DNA of 64,000 bases from the NCBI RefSeq assembly GCF_900108175.1, contig NZ_FNVO01000009.1, forward strand, positions 102,744 through 166,743, written 5' to 3'. Made by a program: the position numbers and the translations under genes. The notes below the pieces were generated by a model. That model worked only from the letters and a program-made list of their open reading frames with translations, searched no databases and was not told where the DNA came from. Each line of letters starts with the position of its first letter. The first letter of the stretch is position 1. Source of the DNA: Thermomonospora echinospora. Lineage in GTDB: Bacteria > Actinomycetota > Actinomycetes > Streptosporangiales > Streptosporangiaceae. Below are positions 10,045 through 20,252 of the stretch, in pieces.

Positions 10045-11262
10045 TCAGCCGCGGGTGGGCTCGTTCCGGCCCACCAGCTTGAGCGCGCTGAGCGCGAGCA
10101 CCACCTCGACCAGCTCCCGGGGCCGGTTCAGCGAGCGCCCGGTGAGCTGCTCGATGCGGCGCAGCCGATTGAGCACCGTGTTGTGGTGGCAGTACAGCCG
10201 GGTGGCCGCCCGGGACGCCGAGCCGTCGCAGTCCAGCCAGGTGGTCAGCGTGGACACCAGCACGTCCCGGAAGGCCGGGTTCACCTCGGCGAAGGCGCCC
10301 AGCACCCCGCGGCCCAGCCGGTCGGCCAGCTCGGGCTGGGAGACCACCAGCGCGTCCGGCAGCCGCCGGTCCAGCCGGGCGATCTCGGCGCCGGGCTCCC
10401 GGCAGGTGCGCAGCGCCAGCTCGGCCAGCCAGCGGGCCTTGCCCAGGTCGGCCAGCGTGTCCACGACCGGGCTGATCCCGGCGTGGCCGTGCACCCGCGG
10501 CCGCAGCACCTCCACCAGTTCCGCCAGGTCGGCGGTGCCCAGGCCGACCAGGGCGAGCTGGGTGTCGGCCCGCATCCGCCAGATGAACCGCAGACCGCCG
10601 CCGTCGGCGGGCCGGCTGAAGCCCCGCCCGTCCAGCATGTCGCTCTGGTCGATCACCACCACCGCGTAGCGGCCCTGGGCGGGCAGCCCGAGCGCGCGGG
10701 TGGCCGCCGGCAGCAGCCCGGGGTCGGTGCCGCGCCCCTCCAGCAGCGCGTCGACGATCGCGTGCACCCGCTCCTCGCTGCGGCGCAGCAGCTCGTACTC
10801 GGTGCGGTGGTAGGCCTCCGCGGCGGTGGTGGACTGCTGGTCGATGGTGTGCCAGGTCTGGGTGGCGTTGCGGACCAGCATCGGCACGTGCGCCGGGTCC
10901 TCCTCGCTGACGACCTCGACCAGGCCCTCCCAGAACACGCAGCCGGCCAGCCGGTAGGAGCGCAGCAGCTGGTCCAGCGGCAGCCCCTGCTCGGCGCGGC
11001 GCCGGCCCAGCTCCTCGGCCCAGCGCAGGTCGGCGCGGCCGCGGCCGGGGTCCAGGATCGCCTCGATGCCGTGGCCCAGCCCGATGTGAGACAACTCCCA
11101 CAGGTCGGCGCGCAGTTCGGCTGGACGATCCTGCCCCTCTCCGGCGAGGATCTCGTTGACCAGCCGGTCCGCCAGTTGCGGCAGATGGTCCGAAAGCCTG
11201 CGCACCGCCCGCCGGATGATCGTGCGGTCGGCCTTGTCGGACGAGGTTGTGAGTGCACCCAT
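10045..11262 (-). CDS. PucR/CdaR-family transcriptional regulator
   Basis: The C-terminus ...ATRLYCHHNTVLNRLRRIEQLTG is the PucR-type HTH. The ATG (MGALTTSS) is preceded by GAGGGAGGTGG. The longer track ORF reaching 11361 is rejected. Confidence 0.8.
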   Translation of the reverse strand: MGALTTSSDKADRTIIRRAVRRLSDHLPQLADRLVNEILAGEGQDRPAELRADLWELSHIGLGHGIEAILDPGRGRADLRWAEELGRRRAEQGLPLDQLLRSYRLAGCVFWEGLVEVVSEEDPAHVPMLVRNATQTWHTIDQQSTTAAEAYHRTEYELLRRSEERVHAIVDALLEGRGTDPGLLPAATRALGLPAQGRYAVVVIDQSDMLDGRGFSRPADGGGLRFIWRMRADTQLALVGLGTADLAELVEVLRPRVHGHAGISPVVDTLADLGKARWLAELALRTCREPGAEIARLDRRLPDALVVSQPELADRLGRGVLGAFAEVNPAFRDVLVSTLTTWLDCDGSASRAATRLYCHHNTVLNRLRRIEQLTGRSLNRPRELVEVVLALSALKLVGRNEPTRG

Positions 11263-11345
11263 GCGCCACCTCCCTCGGTGAGTGCGCTCATGCTGCCATC
11301 GCCCCCACCGCGACGCTATATAAGCGATCCAACAAAAAGCCGGGA

Positions 11346-11361
11346 TTGTGTGCGCACACAA
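11346..11361. promoter_or_regulatory. Perfect 16-bp palindrome TTGTGTGCGCACACAA in the divergent CdaR / LAL-regulator intergenic region (candidate operator)
   Basis: Read in the sequence about 85 bp upstream of the CdaR start. It is flanked by an unusually AT-rich tract (CGCTATATAAGCGATCCAACAAAAAG). Confidence 0.4.
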
Positions 11362-11679
11362 CCGAAGGCCCGGCCCGTTGAGACCCGTCCCTCACTTCGG
11401 ATGCCGCTCTGGACCTGCCCGACGGGGCGTGCTGGTGTGCCAGGCGTCCCCCCAAGGAGGCGACGTGCCCGCTCCACGTTCCCGCCCCCAGAGCAGGCCC
11501 CCTGGTGGGGCGGCCGTTCCGGCCGCCGCGGCACCGCATGGTGGACAGCACCCGCCACGTCCGCACGCTGGACCGGCGCGCTCGGCGGCTTCAGGATCCA
11601 GGGTGAGCCCGTCGACTCCACGCCGACCGAAACCCCTACCCCGCCGAACTGAGCGAAGCCCTGAGCGGGAAGGAGCGAC

Positions 11680-14523
11680 ATGCCACCCGACTCACTGTTG
11701 GCCCCTCCCCCGGCCCCTGAAACGGCCGCCACGACGGCCACCGCGCCGGAGCCCGTCGCCGCGCACCGTCCCGTCCTGCACGGGCGGGACGAGGAGCTGG
11801 CCGAGCTGCGCGACCTGGTCTCCCGCACCCGCCGCGGACGGGGCGGCGCACTGGCGATCGTGGGCGGTCCCGGCCTCGGCAAGACCGCCCTGCTGGACGC
11901 CGCCGCGGGCGAGGCCGGGCCGGACTTCCGTGTGATCGGCACCCGTGGCGTGCGGGGCGAGGCCCGGTTCGCGCTGGCCGGCCTGCACCGGATGCTGCGG
12001 CCGGTGGCCGCGTGGCTGGACCGGCTGCCGGCCGAGCAGGCCGCCGCGCTGGCCTTCCTGACCGACGCGGGGGCCGAGCCGCCCGCCGAGCCGTTCGCGC
12101 TGTGCCGCGCGGTGTACGGCCTGCTGTCAGAGCTGGGCCGGGACGGTCCGCTGCTGTGCCGGATCGACGACGCGCACTGGCTGGACCGGCCGTCCCTGGA
12201 GGCGCTGACGTTCGCCGCGCGCAGGCTGACGGCGCAGCCGGTGCTGGTGCTGTTCGCCAGCCGCAGCGAGCGCGGCGCGTACGCCGAGCTGGACTGCCTG
12301 GCCGACATCCGGTCGCTGCGGCTGGGCCCGGTCGGCGCCGGGGACGCACTGGCCGTGCTGCGCGACCGGACCGCCGGCTGCTGCGGCGACACCGCCACCG
12401 AGCTGCTGGAGCTGGCCGCCGGGAATCCGCTGGCACTGGTCGAGCTGGCCGCCGAGCTGACCCCCGAGCAGTTGGCCGGGCAGGCGCCGCCGCCCGCCGC
12501 GCTGCCCCGGCGCAGCCGGATGCGCACCCACTACCGGCGGCGGCTGTACCGATTGCCGCCGGGCGCCCGGGCGCTGGTGCTGCTGGCGGTCGTCGACGAC
12601 CGGCTGGAGCTGGACACCCTCACCCGGGCCGCCACCGAGGCCGGGATCGACCTGGCCGAGTGGGAGACCGCCCGCTCGTCCGGGCTGGTGCGGGTGGACG
12701 GCGAGGCCGTCCGGGTGCGCGACCCGCTGGTGCGCGGCTGCCTGTACGCGGACGCGGCGCTGAACGAGCGGCACGCGGCGCACCGGCTGCTGGCCCGGGT
12801 GCTCGACCGGCCCTGGCACCGGCTGCGCCGCGACCTGCACCGGGCGGCGGCCGCCGAGGGGCCGGACCCGGCGCTGGCCGACGAGCTGTGCGCGGGCGCC
12901 GCCCAGGCCGCGGCGGCGGGCAACCACCACGACGCGGCCCGCGCCTGGCGGCGGGCGGCGACGCTGACCCCCGACCCGGCGACCAGGGCCGACCGGCTGC
13001 TGGCCGCCGCCGAGGACTTCTGGCAGGCCGGCCGGCCGCACACCGCCCGGATGCTGCTGCGGCAGGCCCGGCCGCTGATCCGTTCGCCGTGGCCGGCCGG
13101 GCGGGCCGACCGGCTGCTGGGGGAGATCGAGCTGCGCGCCGGGCAGCCGGCCGTCGCCGGGCGGCTGCTGCTGGAGGCGGCCGACCGGCTGGCCGAGCCG
13201 CACGGCGGCCTGGCGCTGGCGGCGCTGATGTCGGCGGCCGAGGCCGCCGACCTGTCCGGCGACCTGCACGCCCAGCGTCGGGCGGCCCGGCTCGCCGCCG
13301 GTCTACGGCATCCGGCCGGGCATCCGGTGACCGAGCTGATGGCGGCGCACATCGCCGGGATGACGGCCACCGTCCACGGTGACCACGAACAGGCCGGGCA
13401 GTCGCTGCGGCGGGTGGTCGAGCTGGGCGGCGCCAGTCCCGACCCGGTGGCCAAGGTCTGGGGCAGCGTCGCGGCCATCACCCTCGGCCGGGACCTGCGG
13501 GCCTACGAGCTGGCCGTGCAGGCGGTGCACGGCTCGCGGCGGTCCGGGGCCACGGCGCTGCTGCCGTGGTCACTGGTCACCCTGTCGCTGGTGGAGTGCC
13601 TGCTGGGCCGGTTCCATGCCGCGCTGGCCGACTCGGCGGAGGGGCTGCGGCTGGCGCGGGCCGCCGGGCAGGACAACTGCGCGGTCGACCATCTGGCCCT
13701 GATGGCGCTGGTCAGCGCGTTCCAGGGGGACCGCGAGGCCACCGCGTCCCATCTGGCGGCCGTCGCCGAGCCGATCAGCACCCGCGGGCTGAGCCGGCCG
13801 GCCACAGTGGCGTCGTGGGCGCTGGCCTGCCTGAAGCTGGCCGACGACCGGCCCGCCGACGCCGCCGCCCGGCTGCGGCTGCGCACCGTGACCGGGGCCC
13901 AGCACCGCACCATCCGGGTGCTGGCCGCCCCGTACTTCGTGGAGGCGGCCGTCCGCAGTGACCAGCGGCGGCAGGCCGTGCAGGCGTTGGAGACCTACGA
14001 GCGGTGGGCCGAGGGCACCCGCAGTCCCGGCCGGCTGGCGCTGGCGCATCGCTGCCGGGCGCTGCTGGCCGGCTGCGATGAGGCGGCGGTGGCGCACTTC
14101 GAGGAGGCGCTGCGGCTGCACTCCTCCGCCGAGTCGGCGTTCGAGCTGGCCCGTACCGCGCTGTTGTACGGGCACCGGCTGCGGCGCGGCCGGCGGCCCC
14201 GCGCCGCCCGCGACCATCTGCGCGACGCCCTGCAGATCTTCACCGAGTACGGGGCCGAGCGGTGGGCCGAGCGGGCGCGGGCGGAGCTGCGCGCGGCCGG
14301 GGAGACGGTCGAGCCGGCCGCCCGCGACTGCGCCCCGGCCGGGCTGGACGAGCTGACCCCGCAGCAGTTGCAGATCGCCCGGCTGGTCGCCGAGGGCGCC
14401 ACCAACCGGGAGATCGCCGCCCAGCTCACCCTCAGCCCGCGCACCATCGAGCACCATCTGCGCAACATCTTCACCCGGCTGGACATCCGTTCCCGGGTGG
14501 AGCTGACCATGCTGCTGCGCTGA
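11680..14523 (+). CDS. LuxR-family regulator of the LAL type (N-terminal AAA/P-loop ATPase, C-terminal LuxR HTH)
   Basis: Has a P-loop GGPGLGKTALL. The C-terminus LTPQQLQIARLVAEGATNREIAAQLTLSPRTIEHHLRNIF is the LuxR HTH. RBS GGGAAGGAG lies before the ATG at 11680. Confidence 0.85.
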   Translation: MPPDSLLAPPPAPETAATTATAPEPVAAHRPVLHGRDEELAELRDLVSRTRRGRGGALAIVGGPGLGKTALLDAAAGEAGPDFRVIGTRGVRGEARFALAGLHRMLRPVAAWLDRLPAEQAAALAFLTDAGAEPPAEPFALCRAVYGLLSELGRDGPLLCRIDDAHWLDRPSLEALTFAARRLTAQPVLVLFASRSERGAYAELDCLADIRSLRLGPVGAGDALAVLRDRTAGCCGDTATELLELAAGNPLALVELAAELTPEQLAGQAPPPAALPRRSRMRTHYRRRLYRLPPGARALVLLAVVDDRLELDTLTRAATEAGIDLAEWETARSSGLVRVDGEAVRVRDPLVRGCLYADAALNERHAAHRLLARVLDRPWHRLRRDLHRAAAAEGPDPALADELCAGAAQAAAAGNHHDAARAWRRAATLTPDPATRADRLLAAAEDFWQAGRPHTARMLLRQARPLIRSPWPAGRADRLLGEIELRAGQPAVAGRLLLEAADRLAEPHGGLALAALMSAAEAADLSGDLHAQRRAARLAAGLRHPAGHPVTELMAAHIAGMTATVHGDHEQAGQSLRRVVELGGASPDPVAKVWGSVAAITLGRDLRAYELAVQAVHGSRRSGATALLPWSLVTLSLVECLLGRFHAALADSAEGLRLARAAGQDNCAVDHLALMALVSAFQGDREATASHLAAVAEPISTRGLSRPATVASWALACLKLADDRPADAAARLRLRTVTGAQHRTIRVLAAPYFVEAAVRSDQRRQAVQALETYERWAEGTRSPGRLALAHRCRALLAGCDEAAVAHFEEALRLHSSAESAFELARTALLYGHRLRRGRRPRAARDHLRDALQIFTEYGAERWAERARAELRAAGETVEPAARDCAPAGLDELTPQQLQIARLVAEGATNREIAAQLTLSPRTIEHHLRNIFTRLDIRSRVELTMLLR

Positions 14524-14638
14524 CCGGCGCGCTGACCAAGGCGCTGACCGACGCGCTGACCGTCGTCCGTCCCGCGGGGCCGGGCGGCGGTCAGCGCATG
14601 GTGCGCGGACGGTCAGCACCGGCTCGCAGCCTTGGACC

Positions 14639-15418
14639 ATGACACAGCGAATCAAGCCCCAAGGGGAGGCGCTCCGGCTGGTGTCGGTGCGCAAGGTGTA
14701 CGGCACCGAGGACAACCCCGTGACCGCGCTGGCCAACGTCTCCCTGAGCCTGTCGGCCGGCACGTTCACCGCGGTGATGGGGCCGTCCGGCTCCGGCAAG
14801 AGCACACTGCTGCAGTGCGCGGCCGGGCTCGACCGGCCCACCGAAGGCCGGGTGTACGTGGACGGCACCGAGATGACCGGCGGGAGCGAGGCCGAGCTGA
14901 CGAAGTTCCGGCGCAAGCGGATCGGCTTCGTGTTCCAGCAGTTCAACCTGCTGCCCACGCTGACCGTGCTGCAGAACGTGCTGCTGCCGCTGAAGCTGGC
15001 CGGCCGGAGGGCCAACCCGGACGCGGCGGTGGACATCCTGCGCCGGGTCGGGCTCGGCGACCGGCTCGGCCACCGTCCGGCCGAGCTGTCGGGCGGGCAG
15101 CAGCAGCGGGTCGCCATCGCCCGCGCGCTGGTGACCTCACCCAAGCTGATCTTCGGGGACGAGCCGACCGGGGCGCTGGACACCCGCAGCGCCCGCGAGG
15201 TGCTGACGCTGCTGCAGGAGACGGTGCGCTTCTACGGACGGACGGTCGTGCTGGTGACCCACGACCCGGTGGCCGCCTCGTACGCCGACTCGGTGCTGTT
15301 CCTGGCCGATGGGCATCTCGTCGGGCACCTGGCCGACCCCACCGCCGAGGCCGTCGCCGAGCGGCTGACCCGCCTGGGCGACGAGGTCGCCGCCAGGCGC
15401 GCGATGTCGGGGGTCTGA
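14639..15418 (+). CDS. ABC transporter ATP-binding protein (MacB/FtsE-like)
   Basis: Walker A GPSGSGKST, ABC signature LSGGQQQRVAIARAL and Walker B LIFGDEPTGALD are all present. Confidence 0.9.
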   Translation: MTQRIKPQGEALRLVSVRKVYGTEDNPVTALANVSLSLSAGTFTAVMGPSGSGKSTLLQCAAGLDRPTEGRVYVDGTEMTGGSEAELTKFRRKRIGFVFQQFNLLPTLTVLQNVLLPLKLAGRRANPDAAVDILRRVGLGDRLGHRPAELSGGQQQRVAIARALVTSPKLIFGDEPTGALDTRSAREVLTLLQETVRFYGRTVVLVTHDPVAASYADSVLFLADGHLVGHLADPTAEAVAERLTRLGDEVAARRAMSGV

Positions 15419-15422
15419 TCCG

Positions 15423-16781
15423 ATGCTGTCCCTGGCACTGCGTTCCCTGCGGCACCGCGCCACCGCGTTCGTGGCGAGCTTCCTGGCGATGCTGCTCGGC
15501 GCCGTCATGATCATGTCGTTCGCGTCCATGCTGGACACCGCCGGCGGTACGGGGGTCTCGGACGCCAACGTCGAGACCCTGGTCACCATGGCGAGCGTGG
15601 TGGGCGGGTGGAGCCTGATCCTGGTGCTGTTCGCCGTCACCTCCACCCTGAGCCTGGCGGTGCGGCAGCGGGCCACCGAGATGGCGCTGCTGAAGAGCAT
15701 CGGCGCCACCCCCGCCCAGCTCCGCCGGATGATCCTGGGCGAGACCGCCGTGCTGGCCGTCGCCGCCGTCGCGCTGGCCGTCCTGCCGGGGATGCTGGGC
15801 GGGCGGGCCCTGCTGGCGCTGCTGATCGACACCGAGCAGGTGGCGCCGGACGTGACGCACGTCTTCGGCCCGGCCGCCCTGTCGATGGGGTGCGGGATCA
15901 CGTTCGTGGCGGCGGTGGGCTCGGCGGTGCTGACCGCCCGCCGCACCACCGGGCTGCGGGTCACCGAGTCGCTGATGGACGCCACCGCCGAGCCGCGCCG
16001 GATGAGCCGCAAGCGGCTGGTCGGCGGCATCGTGTTCCTGCTGCTGGCCGCGGATCTGGCCGTCGTCACCGCCACCGTGATGCACGGCGAGGGCAGCGAC
16101 GCGATGCAGACCGCCGGGCAGACCTCCATCTGGGCCTCCATCGGGTTCGCCCTGCTCGGCCCGGTGCTGGTCCGCCGGGTGGCCGGGCTGCCGGCCGCCC
16201 CGCTGGAGCGTTTCGGCGGCGCCGCCGGTCACCTGACCGTGCAGAACGTCCGGCAGCGCGCGCACCAGATGGCCGGTGCGCTGATGCCGATCATCCTGTT
16301 CACCGGGATCGCCACCGGCACCCTCTACATGCAGGACGTCGACAGCGCCGCCATCGCCGCCGAGGGCCTGCTCAAGAACGACGAGCAGAAGAGCATCGAG
16401 ACCCTCAACTTCGTGGTGATCGGGATGGTCGTGCTGTTCGCGGCGATCATGCTGATCAACACCCTGGTCGCCACCACCACCTACCGGCGGGGCGAGTTCG
16501 GCCGCCAGCGCCTCACCGGCGCCACCCCCGGCCAGGTGCTGGCCATGGTCACGTTGGAGTCGGCCGTGCTGACCGTCACCGGCGTGCTGTTCGGCGCGGT
16601 CGCCTCCCTGTTCACGATCCTGCCGTTCACCTTCGCCCGCACCGACACCGTCCTGCCGGACAGCGGCCCGGGCACCTTCCTGGCGATCGTCGCCGTCGCC
16701 GCCGTCCTGACCATGGCCGCCAGCCTGGCCACCGCCGTCCGCGCCCTGCGGATCCCGGCCATCGAGGCGGCGGCGGTCTGA
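15423..16781 (+). CDS. ABC transporter permease (FtsX family)
   Basis: Starts 5 bp after the ATPase stop. Size is 452 aa, hydrophobic, with the MacB/FtsX-type topology of two TM clusters. Confidence 0.85.
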   Translation: MLSLALRSLRHRATAFVASFLAMLLGAVMIMSFASMLDTAGGTGVSDANVETLVTMASVVGGWSLILVLFAVTSTLSLAVRQRATEMALLKSIGATPAQLRRMILGETAVLAVAAVALAVLPGMLGGRALLALLIDTEQVAPDVTHVFGPAALSMGCGITFVAAVGSAVLTARRTTGLRVTESLMDATAEPRRMSRKRLVGGIVFLLLAADLAVVTATVMHGEGSDAMQTAGQTSIWASIGFALLGPVLVRRVAGLPAAPLERFGGAAGHLTVQNVRQRAHQMAGALMPIILFTGIATGTLYMQDVDSAAIAAEGLLKNDEQKSIETLNFVVIGMVVLFAAIMLINTLVATTTYRRGEFGRQRLTGATPGQVLAMVTLESAVLTVTGVLFGAVASLFTILPFTFARTDTVLPDSGPGTFLAIVAVAAVLTMAASLATAVRALRIPAIEAAAV

Positions 16782-16841
16782 CCCCGCCGATCCCGTCCAC
16801 CGGCCCTGGAGCGGGGCGGCCGCGTACGGCGGCCGGCCCGC

Positions 16842-17363
16842 TCAGCCGGCTTTCAGCCACACGTCGGCGGCCACGTCGTCGCGGGTCGCCCGCAGATGCC
16901 AGCAGCCCGGCTCGGTGAACCGGAAACCGGTCCCCCACTCGTCGCCCGGCCGTTCGTAGGTGCTGCCGGAATGGGACTCCGGACCCCAGGCCAGCCGGCG
17001 GGCCTTGCCGTCCGGGCCGGTCAGCGCCATCCGCAGCGGCCCTTTCCCGGTCATCCGCCACACGATCTTGACCTCTTCCTCGGCCGTGTCACCGACCGGG
17101 AAGGGCGGGTAGGGGTGCCGCATCATGACCATCCCCCACAGTTGCGCGCCCCGTCCCGTCCCCTGCACCTCCGGGAGTCCCGAGGAGAACGAGGAGGCCC
17201 GCACGGGCGAGGGCGGATCGCACACCGGAGGCCCCGGTGGAACGGCCGGGACGGAGGACGGCGCCTGCGTCGCGGCCGCCTGTCCGTCTCCCCGGTCCCC
17301 CGCGTCCGAGCACCCGGCGACGCCCAGGGCCAGAACGGCCACCACCGCACCTCGCAAGATCAC
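16842..17363 (-). CDS. Putative lipoprotein of unknown function
   Basis: N-terminus MILRGAVVAVLALGVAGCSD contains the lipobox LGVAGC. It begins at a GTG start. Confidence 0.55.
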   Translation of the reverse strand: MILRGAVVAVLALGVAGCSDAGDRGDGQAAATQAPSSVPAVPPGPPVCDPPSPVRASSFSSGLPEVQGTGRGAQLWGMVMMRHPYPPFPVGDTAEEEVKIVWRMTGKGPLRMALTGPDGKARRLAWGPESHSGSTYERPGDEWGTGFRFTEPGCWHLRATRDDVAADVWLKAG

Positions 17364-17412
17364 GCCCCGAGTATGACCCGGCCCCGCCCGCCGGTAAATG
17401 GGGTCCGCGGTC

Positions 17413-18606
17413 TCACCGGGCGGGGGCGGGGCGGGAGGACCAGACGAGGGCCAGGGAGGCCACGGCGAGGACCCCGGCCAGCCACAGCACGCTCGTCAGC
17501 GAGATCCCGTCCACCATCCGGCCGCCGAGCAGCGAGCCGAACGCGATGGACACCTGGAAGCCCGTCACGACCATCGCCGAGCCCGCCTCGGTGGCGTCCG
17601 GCGCCTCCCGCATGATCCAGCTCTGGAAGACGACCGGGACGGCGCCGTACCCGACGCCCCACACGGCCAGCAGCAGCGCGGCCCGGCCGGTGCCGGCGCC
17701 CGCGAGCGGGATCGCCAGCACGGCGGCGGCCAGCAGCGCCGGCGCGAGGATCGTCGCCCCGTACGGCAGCCTGGGGATCAGCGCGCCGACCGCGAAGTTG
17801 CCCGCGACCCCGGCCACTCCGTAGACCAGCAGCAGCGTCCCGACGAGCCCGGCGTCCACCCCGGAGATGTCCTCCAGCACCGGCCGCACGTAGGTGAAGG
17901 AGGCGAAGTGGGCCACCACGACGAGCGCCAGCCCGCCCAGGCAGGCCCGTACGGCGGGACGGGCGAGCAGCGCCGGGAAGTCGCCGAGCCGCAGGGTCTG
18001 GGTGGCGGGCAGCGGCGGCAGCACGAACGCCAGCACCGCGAGCACCGCCATGCACAGCACGCCCAGCACCCCGGTGGCCACCCGCCACGAGGTCGCGTCG
18101 CCCAGCAGGGTGCCCGCCGGGACGCCGACCACCGACGCCAGCGACACCCCGGACAGGATGATCGCGGTGGCCCGGGGCACCGACGCGGCCGGCACCAGCC
18201 GGACCGCCATCCCCGCCGCCAGCGCCCAGAACCCACCGAACGACAGTCCCGCCAGCAGCCGCGCCGCCAGCAGTACCACGATGTTGGGCGCCAGTGCGGC
18301 GACCAGGTTGGCCACTGCCAGCACGCCGAGCGCGCCGGTCAGCACCAGCCGCCGGTCGGCCCGCCAGGTGACCAGCAGCGGCGCCGACAGCCCGCCGACC
18401 ACCCCGCACGCCGTCATCACCAGGCCCGTCACCCCGTCGGAGGCGTTCAGGTCGGCGCCCATCTCGGTGAGCAGCCCGACCGGCAGCATCTCACTGGTCA
18501 CCAGCGAGAACGTGCCGAGGAACAGCGCCGCCACGGCGGTCCAGCGGGCGACCCCAACAGGCGCCAAGGTAGTTTCGGTCATGATGGCCAGCCTGTCGAC
18601 GATCAT
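17413..18606 (-). CDS. MFS transporter
   Basis: Has twelve predicted hydrophobic segments in an MFS-like 6+6 pattern. It is divergent from a LysR gene. An alternative start lies at 18582 (MTETTL). Confidence 0.85.
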   Translation of the reverse strand: MIVDRLAIMTETTLAPVGVARWTAVAALFLGTFSLVTSEMLPVGLLTEMGADLNASDGVTGLVMTACGVVGGLSAPLLVTWRADRRLVLTGALGVLAVANLVAALAPNIVVLLAARLLAGLSFGGFWALAAGMAVRLVPAASVPRATAIILSGVSLASVVGVPAGTLLGDATSWRVATGVLGVLCMAVLAVLAFVLPPLPATQTLRLGDFPALLARPAVRACLGGLALVVVAHFASFTYVRPVLEDISGVDAGLVGTLLLVYGVAGVAGNFAVGALIPRLPYGATILAPALLAAAVLAIPLAGAGTGRAALLLAVWGVGYGAVPVVFQSWIMREAPDATEAGSAMVVTGFQVSIAFGSLLGGRMVDGISLTSVLWLAGVLAVASLALVWSSRPAPAR

Positions 18607-18674
18607 CGATGCGGAACAACGACGAGTCGCTGATGATGGGATCAGCCGGGCTCATCGATCGAGGACGGGGGCCG

Positions 18675-19574
18675 ATGACGCGGATGGACCTGCGCGAACT
18701 GGAATGCTTCCTGGTGCTGAGCCGGGAACTGCATTTCGGGCGGACGGCCGAGCGGCTCTACCTGTCGCAGAGCCGGGTGAGCCAGTTGCTGCGCTCCCTG
18801 GAGCACCGGGTCGGCGCCCCGCTGGTGGAACGCACCAGCCGCCGGGTCCGGCTCACCCCGCTCGGCGAACGCTTCCTGGAGGACGTGCGCCCCGCCTTCG
18901 AGTCGCTGCACGAGGCGATGGAGCGCGCCCGCGCCGCCGCCCGGGGGGTGGACGGGACGCTGCGGGTCGGGTTCGTCGGGACCCCGAACGCGGCGGTGAT
19001 GGGCACCGTACTGGCCTTCCAGGAGGGCGGCCACGGCACCGAGGTCGAGGTCGTGGAACTACCGCTGGCCGACCCGTTCGGGCAGGTCCGCTCGGGAGAG
19101 GTGGACGCGGCGTTCGTGTGCCTGCCGGTGGCCGAGCCCGGCCTGGTGGTCGGCCCCACGTTCCCCGCGCAGCCGGTCACGGTGGCGGTGTCCCGCACCC
19201 ATCCGCTGGCCGGGCGGGCCGCCGTCCACGTCGAGGAACTGGCCGACCACCCGCTGATCCAGATCGCCGACCCGGCGCCGCGGTACTGGGCGGAGATCTT
19301 CTCCCCGGCCGTCACGCCCGCCGGCCGGCCGATCCCGCGCGGCCCGGTGGTCGCCACCCTCCAGGAGGCGCTGACCATGATCGCGGCAGGCCGGGGCGGG
19401 CTGCTGTTCTGCGCATCGACGGCCGCCTACCACTGCCGGCCGGACACCACGTTCGTGCCGGTCGAGGGACTACCGGAGTCCCGGTTCGGGGTGGTGTGGC
19501 GATGCGCCGGAGAGAACGCCCGCATCCGCGCCCTGGCCTGCGCCGCAACCGCCGCCGCCACGAACTCGGCGTAG
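18675..19574 (+). CDS. LysR-family transcriptional regulator
   Basis: N-terminus MDLRELECFLVLSRELHFGRTAERLYLSQSRVSQLLRSLE is the LysR HTH. RBS GAGGACGGGGG lies before the ATG. It forms a divergent pair with the MFS gene. Confidence 0.85.
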   Translation: MTRMDLRELECFLVLSRELHFGRTAERLYLSQSRVSQLLRSLEHRVGAPLVERTSRRVRLTPLGERFLEDVRPAFESLHEAMERARAAARGVDGTLRVGFVGTPNAAVMGTVLAFQEGGHGTEVEVVELPLADPFGQVRSGEVDAAFVCLPVAEPGLVVGPTFPAQPVTVAVSRTHPLAGRAAVHVEELADHPLIQIADPAPRYWAEIFSPAVTPAGRPIPRGPVVATLQEALTMIAAGRGGLLFCASTAAYHCRPDTTFVPVEGLPESRFGVVWRCAGENARIRALACAATAAATNSA

Positions 19575-19617
19575 GGCGGGACGCAGCCCCGTCGCCCTGC
19601 GCGGGGCCTGGGCGTGG

Positions 19618-20082
19618 TCAGGTGGCCTCGTCCAATTGTTTGGCCAGCCGCTCCAGGCCGCCCCTGATGAGCTGCCCATACCCGTCGTCGCCAAGCGCGC
19701 CGATCTCGGCCCGCGCCTGCTGGAGGTGCTCACGGGCGCGGTCGAAATCGCCCAGCTTGCGATAGCACTCACCCAAGTTCAGGTGCAACGACGGATACAG
19801 GCCGGCCACTGAAAGCGGCACCCCGGCTTGAGCCACCCGCTCATCGGTGACGAGAGCGACGGCGGCGAGCGCTCGCAGATCCCACATCAGCTCCTGGCGC
19901 ACGTCGTCCTGCACGTCGGCCATCGAGTGGGCGAGGACGCAAACATGCAGCGGGTCGCCTTGCTCACCGCCGATGTCGTCCCAGATCTGCGCGAACAGGT
20001 CGCGAGCGGCTTCACGCTGACCCTGGTGGTGATGCAACTCCACCGCCTGGCCGATCCGGGTCATCGTCGGGTCGGTGGTCAT
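19618..20082 (-). CDS. Tetratricopeptide-repeat protein (small, cytosolic)
   Basis: TPR-like helical repeats are visible (LNLGECYRKLGDFDRAREHLQQA). The ATG (MTTDP) is preceded by GAAGGAG. Confidence 0.6.
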   Translation of the reverse strand: MTTDPTMTRIGQAVELHHHQGQREAARDLFAQIWDDIGGEQGDPLHVCVLAHSMADVQDDVRQELMWDLRALAAVALVTDERVAQAGVPLSVAGLYPSLHLNLGECYRKLGDFDRAREHLQQARAEIGALGDDGYGQLIRGGLERLAKQLDEAT

Positions 20083-20252
20083 GTGCAGCTCCTTCACCAC
20101 AGCGGGCAATCGCGGTCAGCCTACTGACCCGACGTGCCTTACGGCCTTCAAAGCTGCTGACCGCCGCCGTCCCCGCTGAGCACCCACCACAGACCGTCCC
20201 GCCTCACTCGACGCATAAGCCGATGACCTGCGGCTTGTCCCGATCTGCCCGC

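Noticed and set aside
10183-11652. 489-aa + strand ORF
   Set aside because: It is antisense to the CdaR-family regulator.
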